Source: Eledone cirrhosa (Eukaryota). Taken from it: 64,000 bases of DNA. The DNA lies in the NCBI GenBank assembly GCA_964016885.1, contig OZ024759.1:15934001-15998000 (forward strand). Reading direction: 5' to 3'. The notes under the pieces were generated by a model. The model saw nothing but the letters and a program-made list of their open reading frames with translations. It made no database searches and was not told the origin of the DNA. Made by a program: the position numbers and the translations under genes. Below are positions 55,402 to 64,000 of this stretch, in pieces (position 1 is the stretch's first letter; every line of letters begins with the position of its first letter).

Positions 55402-55479
55402 TACAAATATACATACATATATACTAATGTATATATATATATTTATTTATATATTCAAATATACATATATATATACTAA

Positions 55480-55511
<32 letters not shown>

Positions 55512-55553
55512 CAAATATACATACACATATACATATACTAATATATATATATA

Positions 55554-55589
<36 letters not shown>

Positions 55590-55628
55590 AATATACATAC
55601 ATATATACTAATATATATATGTATATAT

Positions 55629-55883
55629 AAATGTAATCTGAGTTTTTCGAATATTAATAACAACATTCGATTCGTTTGCAATTATGCAAATAAGCCTCAA
55701 TTCTCTAGCCATGTCAGTAGAATGAACACTTCATTCTTGGTCTTGTGTTGGCATGCGAACAGTTGAGGCTTGCTTGCATAGTTGCAAACGAATCGAATGT
55801 TATTATTAATGCTCTGAGTAATTGCTGGCCTTGTGCCTCAAGTAGAAACAATTATTAATATTCGAAAACCTCAGATTACATTT
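55629..55883. repeat. Inverted repeat in (TA)n; right arm interrupted by a SINE tail
   Basis: AATGTAATCTGAG.TTTTCGAATATTAATAA.AACATTCGATTCGTTTGCAA and its reverse complement; the insert is flanked by ATTATTAAT (55802-55810, 55851-55859). Confidence 0.85.
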
Positions 55884-55995
55884 ATTGTATTCAGCGATGT
55901 AGAGCGAAATTTTCTTTTATATATATATATATACAAATATACATAATTATATACTAATATATATATATATATATACAAATATACATACATATATA

Positions 55996-56041
<46 letters not shown>

Positions 56042-56059
56042 AATATACATACATATATA

Positions 56060-56111
<52 letters not shown>

Positions 56112-56129
56112 AATATACATACATATATA

Positions 56130-56205
<76 letters not shown>

Positions 56206-56223
56206 AATATACATACATATATA

Positions 56224-56265
<42 letters not shown>

Positions 56266-56314
56266 AATATGCATACATATATACTAATATATATATATAT
56301 AAATATACATATAT

Positions 56315-56381
<67 letters not shown>

Positions 56382-56439
56382 TATATATGTATGTATATTA
56401 GTATATATATATGTATATTTGTATATATATATGTATATT

Positions 56440-56543
<104 letters not shown>

Positions 56544-56551
56544 TATATATG

Positions 56552-56582
<31 letters not shown>

Positions 56583-56934
56583 TTACAAACACACAAACAC
56601 ACACACACAGCATAACAAATCAAATAGACACGGCAATCATATAATAAAAGCGAGTACGAAACAATTAGAAAGTCATATATTTTTCATTTGTGTATTGACG
56701 CCTTCTGGTTGAGAAACTCCGACGCACGTCACACTGACAAATGAGAAAATATATACAAGCAGACGATAGGGTGACTGATAACGTACTTATTTATCGTAGA
56801 GAATTGTGCAATAAAACTCCTCTCATAAAATCGGTATCAGCTTCTAATAATTTTCCTTTTGATCTTATGTTTCTGTTGCAGGCAGTATCTTGTAGCTCAC
56901 ACATTACCACACATACACACTCACACACTCTCAC

Positions 56935-57057
<123 letters not shown>

Positions 57058-57059
57058 GT

Positions 57060-57247
57060 AGGTCCCGGATTGAGTCGGGGATAACCACAGTAAGTAAGGT
57101 ACTCAATACATGGCAGAGTAATAATTTTTTATTTTATAGAAGGAGCTTCTACAGGACTAGTACTGTTTCATTCAGATGAAATCTTCAGTGCTTCCTGAAG
57201 ATTCCATCTGAATGAAACAGTACTAGTCCTGTAGAAGCTCCTTCTAT
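57060..57247 (-). mobile_element. Penelope-like terminal fragment (family C) with a fold-back 5' end
   Basis: Homologous to 19533-19666; ~52-bp arms at 57137-57188 and 57195-57246. Confidence 0.75.
57190..57238 (+). ncRNA. Type I HHR motif (family C)
   Basis: GCTTC-CTGAAGA-TTCCATCTGAAT-GAA-ACAG-tactagtc-CTGT-A-GAAGC. Confidence 0.75.
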
Positions 57248-57420
57248 CTATATATATATATATATATATATAAACACATACAAACATACAGGTGGGACTT
57301 ACACATTCACAGAAGAAGTAAATAAAAATACATAGGTACCTTCTACACATTTACATATATATATGTGTGTGTGTATGTGTGTGTGTGTTTGTGTATATAT
57401 AGTATATATATTTATATGTA

Positions 57421-57451
<31 letters not shown>

Positions 57452-57494
57452 ATATGTATGTATATTTATATATATGTATGTATATATATATATT

Positions 57495-57539
<45 letters not shown>

Positions 57540-57609
57540 GTATGTATATTTATATATATGTATATATATATATTGTATATATGTATGTAAATTTATATAT
57601 GTAAATTTA

Positions 57610-57910
57610 TAATAATATTGCCAGAATTAATAACAGAACACACTCACTGTTTGGTTGGTTTTCGCTTCTGTATCTTTTATATCTCCACAGTTAATTCATT
57701 TGGTCCTCAATGTTTACAATTGACTGACCAACGGTCAAAAATACAGATATAACGTAGATATAAACACATATATATATAGTCTGACAAAGTTCTTTCGTTG
57801 CACATCTGCAACATCATCAGTGGTACTATTATGTTCCTCCTGTTGTATTGTATGTCTACGCCATCCTTATTCTATCTATTTATATATATATATAATTTTC
57901 ATTTAAATGA

Positions 57911-57981
<71 letters not shown>

Positions 57982-57988
57982 CATACAT

Positions 57989-58074
<86 letters not shown>

Positions 58075-58115
58075 GTATATGTATGTATATATATATGTGT
58101 GTGTGTGTGTGTATG

Positions 58116-58208
<93 letters not shown>

Positions 58209-58509
58209 TCATTTAAATGAAAATTATATATATATATAAACAGATAGAATAAGGATGGCGTAGACATACAATACAACAGGAGGAACATAATAGTACCACT
58301 GATGATGTTGCAGATGTGCAACGAAAGAACTTTGTCAGACTATATATATATGTGTTTATATCTACATTATATCTGTATTTTTGACCGTTGGTCAGTCAAT
58401 TGTAAACATTGAGGACCAAATGAATTAACTGTGGAGATATAAAAGATACAGAAGCGAAAACCAACCAAACAGTGGTTGTGTTCTCTTATTATTTCTGGCA
58501 ATATTATTA
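57610..58509. repeat. ~900-bp palindrome (~300-bp unique arms plus mirrored microsatellite) with HHR-like motifs at 57777-57828 (-) and 58291-58342 (+)
   Basis: Arms are near-perfect reverse complements; CTGATGA-T-GTTGCA gatg TGCAAC-GAAA, with weak stems I and III. Confidence 0.9.
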
Positions 58510-58563
58510 CAACAATATGACCCTCCCCAAGTATAACAATTTCATATCAAAAACCTCGCAAAA

Positions 58564-58620
<57 letters not shown>

Positions 58621-58634
58621 ATATGTTACTATTC

Positions 58635-58705
58635 TAACATATTACGATTGTAATATGTCTAATTAATCTTATTCGTCGCACCACTGATTCTCCGTTTCTT
58701 ATGTG

Positions 58706-58751
<46 letters not shown>

Positions 58752-58819
58752 ATAAGAAACGGAGAATCAGTGGTGCGACGAATAAGATTTATTAGACATA
58801 TTACAATCGTAATATGTTA
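58635..58819. repeat. Inverted repeat (~75-bp arms) around (TA)n
   Basis: CTTATTCGTCGCACCACTGATTCTCCGTTTCTTATGTGAT and its reverse complement. Confidence 0.9.
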
Positions 58820-58919
58820 CAATCGTAACATTACAATCGTAAGATGCTCAAGATGCTCTGTAAGAGCATCGAGTGCTGAAACGGCGTACCGCTTACGAAC
58901 GCTTTAAGCATCCCACACC

Positions 58920-59012
<93 letters not shown>

Positions 59013-59173
59013 ATATATATATTGTTATACTTTGGGAGGGCCATGTTGCCAATAAAGAATCTAAACAAATTCAGAAACGATATATATATATATAATTTTC
59101 ATTTAAATGATTAACTAATCATCACTATTATCGTATTTTTTTAAATAAGTAAAACTACCATCCTCTCTATATA

Positions 59174-59221
<48 letters not shown>

Positions 59222-59539
59222 CCTGTTGTTTAATTTCATTTTATTTTTATTTCTTAGCTCTATTCTAGTTATTACTCCTATATTTCTAACTTACATTGTA
59301 CCGACTTTCCCTTTAGATAATCATAACCACATTCTGTATGGGAGCTTAGTGTAAAAACTGGAAAGAAATTAGCGCCGCAAGAACTGAGATGAATTTTACA
59401 TAAGAGTTCACTCATTGTCTTAGTGCATGGCCACGAAATTCGGGAGAGAATCAAATTATATTGATTACATTACATATGTATGCGGTACATATTGCGTTGG
59501 TTATTTCAACGATAAAGGAAGACTTCTTTTGTGATATTA

Positions 59540-60135
59540 TCCCGCCGAGGTTAACTTTGCCTTTCATCCTTACGGGGTCGATAAAATAAAGTACCAGTAA
59601 TGTACTGGGTAATTTTCTGGCCTTGTGCCAATAGTAGAAACAATTATTTAATACAAAAATGCGTTGGATTGGCAGTATCGGTAGAGGGTTGGACGCCATG
59701 TTTTCCAACATAGTTACGTCCCTTTACGGTCTGGGTTCAAATCCCACTGAGGTTAACTTTGCCTTTCATCCTTACGGGGGTCGATAAAATAAAGTACCAG
59801 TAATGTACTGAGTAATTGCTGGCCTTGAGCCAAAGTAGAAACTATTGTTTAATACAAAAAGGTGGTGGATTGGCAGTATCTGTAGAAGGTTGGACGCCAT
59901 GTTTTCCAACATAGTTACGTCCCTTTACGGTCTGAGTTCAAATCCCACTGAGGTTAACTTTGCCTTTCATCCTTACGGGGGTCGATAAAATAAAGTACCA
60001 GTAATGCACTGGGTAATTGCTGGCCTTGTGCCAAAAGTAGAAACAATTATTTAATACAAAAAGGCGGTGGATTGGCAGTATTGGTAGAGGGTGGATGGAC
60101 GCCATGATTTGCAGCATAGACTTACGGCCCTTTAT
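59540..60135 (+). mobile_element. Tandem OK-type SINE array (~205-bp period) with a shared TTTAATACAAAAA linker
   Basis: Three consecutive units carry the same linker. Confidence 0.9.
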
Positions 60136-60149
60136 GATGGAAATAATAT

Positions 60150-60270
60150 ATGAGGACCAGCTGAAAAGTTTATAGGATGACTACGAAGGAGAGATGCAAG
60201 CGCTGTGAAATCTTGCATGCATTAATTTCAACTCTTCTTATTAATAACTGCATCGTTTCTTCGAGGTAAG
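60150..60270 (+). mobile_element. Possible mariner-like DNA transposon terminus
   Basis: TA|TGAGGACCAGCTGAAAAGTTTATAGG resembles mariner TIRs; no second TIR found. Confidence 0.35.
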
Positions 60271-60981
60271 GCAAAGCTAACCTCGGCGGATTTTAAACTC
60301 AAACTGTAAAGGGCGTAACTCTATACCACAAAGCCTGGTATCCGACGCTCTACCGACACTACCAATCCAGTGCCCACAATAACAATTATAGATATCAGGT
60401 GTCCATTACGAAATGCATGAGGTTAGGAAGAAGAAGAAGAAGAAGAAGAAGAAGAAGAAGAAGAAGAAGAAGAAGAAGAAATCAAATGTTTCTTTTGGTT
60501 TGAATAGTGTTCACAGAGAAATGCTAAGCATTGTTTCTGCTTTCTTCTTCTTCTACAACTACTACTACTATAACAACAACAACAACTACTACTACTACTA
60601 CTACTACTACTATAACTACAACTACTTCTACTACAACTAAAACTACTACTACTACTACTGCGACTACTACTACTAGTACAACTACAACTACTACTACTAC
60701 TGCGACTACTGCTACTAGTACAACTAAAACTACTACTACTACTACTGCGACTACTACTACTTCTCCTCCTTCTCTTCCTCCTTCTCCTCTTTCTTCTCTT
60801 CCTTCTTCCTCTTCTCCTTCTTCTATAACTACTACTACTACTACTACATTTTCTTCTCCTTCTACTACTACTACTACTACTACAACTTCTTCTCCTCCTC
60901 CTTTTTCTTCTTCTTCTCCTTCTACTACTACTACCACTACCACTACTACTACTACAACTTCTACTACTACCACTTCCCCTT

Positions 60982-61022
<41 letters not shown>

Positions 61023-61189
61023 TCTTCTCCGCCTTCTTCTTCCACCATCTTCCTTTGTTGTTAGCTCAGAGCTAACAGGTAACAGGTAAGTACGAAGTCA
61101 GAGACAAGAAACTCAACTAAGAGAAGAGAAGCCGACATTGAAAGCATATTTCACCTTCTAGCGAGTGGGAAGAAGCTAGTACGAGTTAG

Positions 61190-61303
61190 CACGTGACACC
61201 GTTACTTAGAAAAGATGAGTAATGGCGGAAATGACACGGTTGTTGTTGTGGCTGTTTTTCGCTTGTTTGTTTGGCTTTTTTTACGTGTTAGAACGCATGC
61301 GCA
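61190..61303. promoter_or_regulatory. Cluster of promoter-type motifs (E-box, YY1/ETS-like, NRF1-like)
   Basis: CACGTGAC at 61190, AATGGCGGAAATG at 61221 and CGCATGCGCA at 61294 in unique sequence. Confidence 0.3.
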
Positions 61304-61665
61304 GCTTAGAAGGTAGCCAGGCAGGCCAGCTATACAAGGTATACAATGTAAGCTAGACGTGCCAGGCGTGTTAGACAGGCTGGTAGAGCACCCAGCTAAT
61401 AAATCGTACATACATATATACATACACACACATACATACATACATACATACATACATACATACATACATACATACATACATACATACATACATACATACA
61501 ATGATACACACACACATACATACACACTGACACAGACACATTTATATACATACATACATACATACATACATACATACATACATACATACATACATACATA
61601 CAAGGATACATACATACATACATACATACATACATACATACATACATACATACATACATACATAC

Positions 61666-62583
61666 ATGATGATGGCTGCCCCCTCGTTATCGAGTATGGC
61701 CATTGCACGATATACCATTATTAATAATTATTAATTAATCCTATCGGGCAATGCCTGTGCGTGAAGATATTTTTTAAAGTGAGGAAAGACTGTGCACTGA
61801 GCCAATCCCACTCTTTGAGAGACAGTAGCTATAACCCGAAAAGAAGAAAAGATCAACATCATCGGTAACTACTGAGCCGCAGGTTTTATATAGGAGTTAT
61901 CCCAGTTTCCTGAGTTGCCTTCTCCTAGAAGAATGCCCTGATAAATGCTAGGGGTCCTTCCCTCCCAGTGGTTTAACGGCGCGATCGGGAGTCCATCCCC
62001 ACTATTGCTATGTCCCCGCGCATATGCATACACCCATGTATATACACATATCACACCATCATCACTCGTCGACTACTGTTGAGATGATGGATCTCACTCT
62101 CATGCCCCAGAATCCCCTGTCCCCCATCGCTGCCCCCAGGTCCTGTCTGCTGATTCCCGTATCCCTAGAGATAACGTCAGGGAATGACAGCTTCCTACTC
62201 CTAGTCAGGCTGGAGTCGGGGTTCCAGAGCAAGAGAGCGGATATGATTTCATTGCTGGCACGGTGACAGTGGCCAGCAAATTGAGCTCTCCGGGATTTTA
62301 GAAAGGCAGAGGCTCGAGGGAGTTTGCCATAGATTTTAGACAAGGTGGGATGTCGTTTCCAGGATAGGTTTTGCACTCTCATTACACACTTTTGGATGGC
62401 CATTGACTCTGCTGATTTCCTCCACCCTTTGCCAGGTCTTGTATTTCATCCCTCAGGCTGTCCAAATATCATCCTCCTCACCACGTTTACTTGGTGAGGC
62501 TGCTGGTTTAGACGCCGACGAAACGACCATGAGACAGGTTGTACTGGGTTACATGTTACCAGTAGCACTCGAGAGCGACCTGA
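61666..62583 (-). mobile_element. Diverged relative of the 610-bp (TATG)n element, interrupted by an RTE fragment
   Basis: Shares the 5' end (TCAGGTC..GTGCTACTGGTAACATGTA.CCCAGTACAACCTGTC), the middle and the 3' end (TGGCC.TACTCGA.AACGAG..GGCAGCCA). Confidence 0.75.
62055..62390 (-). mobile_element. RTE-like LINE 3' fragment
   Basis: Peptide SWKRHPTLSKIYGKLP...RRAQFAGHCHRA...LLLWNP...AMGDRGFW matches RTE ORF C-termini. Confidence 0.8.
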
Positions 62584-62719
62584 TATAATATATATATACA
62601 TACATACATATATACATACAGGCAGACAGGCAGACAGACAGACAGACAGGCAGGCAGACAGGCAGACAGCAAAGCTGGATGTCACGTACGTCGTTACATA
62701 AGTAACTACAATACAACAC

Positions 62720-63392
62720 AATACGCGGGGATTGTTCCAGCTGGTTGGTCGATGGAACAGCCAGCTCCTGAAATTAACATGCAAGTGACTGAGCATTCCA
62801 CAGACACGTGTACCGTTAGCCTAGTTCTTAGGTAGATTCAACATCTCACAGCGTGTGTGTGTTTGTCTGTGTTTGTGTGTGTGTGTTTGTCTCCGTGTAT
62901 GTGTATATGTGTGTGTGTTTGTTTGACTGTGTATGTGTATGTGTGTGTGTGTTTGTCTGTCTATGTATGTATATGTGTGTGTGTTTGTCTGTTTGTGCGT
63001 GTGTGTGCGTGTGTAATGTGTGTATGTGTGTGTGTGTTTGTCTCTCTGTATATATGCGTTTGTATGTGTGTGTGTGTGAGAGAGAGAGATAGAGATAGAG
63101 AGAGAGAGAGCGAGGGGGGAGAGAGAAGGCTTGCCCTTTGAATTTACAAGTAGAACCCATTTTTGCCAGCTGGGTTCACTGGAACAACGTGAAATAATTA
63201 TTTCTACATTAGGCACAAGGCCAGCAATTACCCAGTGTATTACTGGTACTTTATTTTATCGACCCCGTAAGGATGAAAGGCAAAGTTAACCTCGGAAATA
63301 ATGTTCCTTGCTCAGGGGAACAACCTTTCACCGAGAATCGAACCTAGGTTCTTAAGACCTTGAGCTCAGCACATTAACAATTAAACCATGCA
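62720..63392 (-). mobile_element. tRNA-headed SINE split by an internal (TG)n expansion and a nested OK-SINE tail (63199-63294)
   Basis: Body matches the 43925-44830 type; the nested insert is flanked by a GAAATAAT duplication (63191-63198, 63295-63302). Confidence 0.75.
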
Positions 63393-64000
63393 ACGTCATA
63401 AAAAAAACGTTTACTGAAATCACGAAATATATCAGCCATAATTAAAGTATGGACCATTAATTAACACAATCAATGACTCATTATAAATCAATTAAAAAAC
63501 GCAATTAACGCATTAAAGAGAATGCTGATGTTTCCGACTAAGTTTCATTAGCTGTTATCTAGTACAGCTTGTTCCAACCCACATTAAATAGAATGTCTTG
63601 CTGAAAAATAGAAAGCGCAGCTGTGGATCGATCTGTCGACTTGCAGATTGTGAAACAAGCACCTCAACCACTAAGCCATGCGGCTTCACATATAATGGTT
63701 TCTACTTTTGGCACAAGGCCAGCAATTATCCCACTACATTACTGGTACTTTATTTTGTCGACCCCATAAGGATGAAAGGCAAAGTTAACCTCGGCGGGAT
63801 TTGAACTATACTGACGCTGATAATCGAACTCATGTTCTTAAGATCGTAAGCCGAATACCATAACAACTAAGCCACCCGCCTTCAAATTCCAGATCTCAGG
63901 ATATCTATGATCAAACCCGTTTCATCCATGACTATCCCATCCTATGTTCAGACAACGTATCTAGAACCGCGTTATTCCAAACATCCTAACAATTTCTTCT

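Noticed and set aside
58838-58900. HHR-like 3' half (GAAACGGcgtaCCG) after a GATGCTC/GAGCATC hairpin
   Set aside because: The CUGANGA core and U16.1 are missing.

Overview
AT-rich eukaryotic DNA saturated with microsatellites and transposons. It is most likely an octopod (Octopus-like) genome, inferred from the abundant tRNA-derived SINE with the CTGAGTTCAAATCCCGCCGAGGTTAACTTTGCCTTTCATCC core. There is no complete protein-coding gene: nearly all listed ORFs are microsatellite translations. The supportable coding remnants are 3' ends of Tx1/L1, RTE and RLE-type LINEs plus one or two isolated candidate exons (best: 30869-30937). Other mobile DNA includes dozens of SINE copies (several in tandem), pogo/Tc1-type and piggyBac-type MITEs and a non-autonomous Helitron. 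Three things stand out. (1) At least 7-8 unrelated families of hammerhead-ribozyme (HHR) motifs sit between (TA)n tracts, and wherever they form an inverted repeat they point outward (left arm -, right arm +), consistent with Penelope-like-element termini. (2) A 38-copy 95-bp tandem array grew inside a SINE; its monomer also occurs singly in two SINE types and shows compensatory stem changes plus CUGANGA/GAAA motifs. (3) Retroelement families partition by microsatellite type. All structures and coordinates were read by eye; boundaries are approximate and no ribozyme activity is demonstrated.
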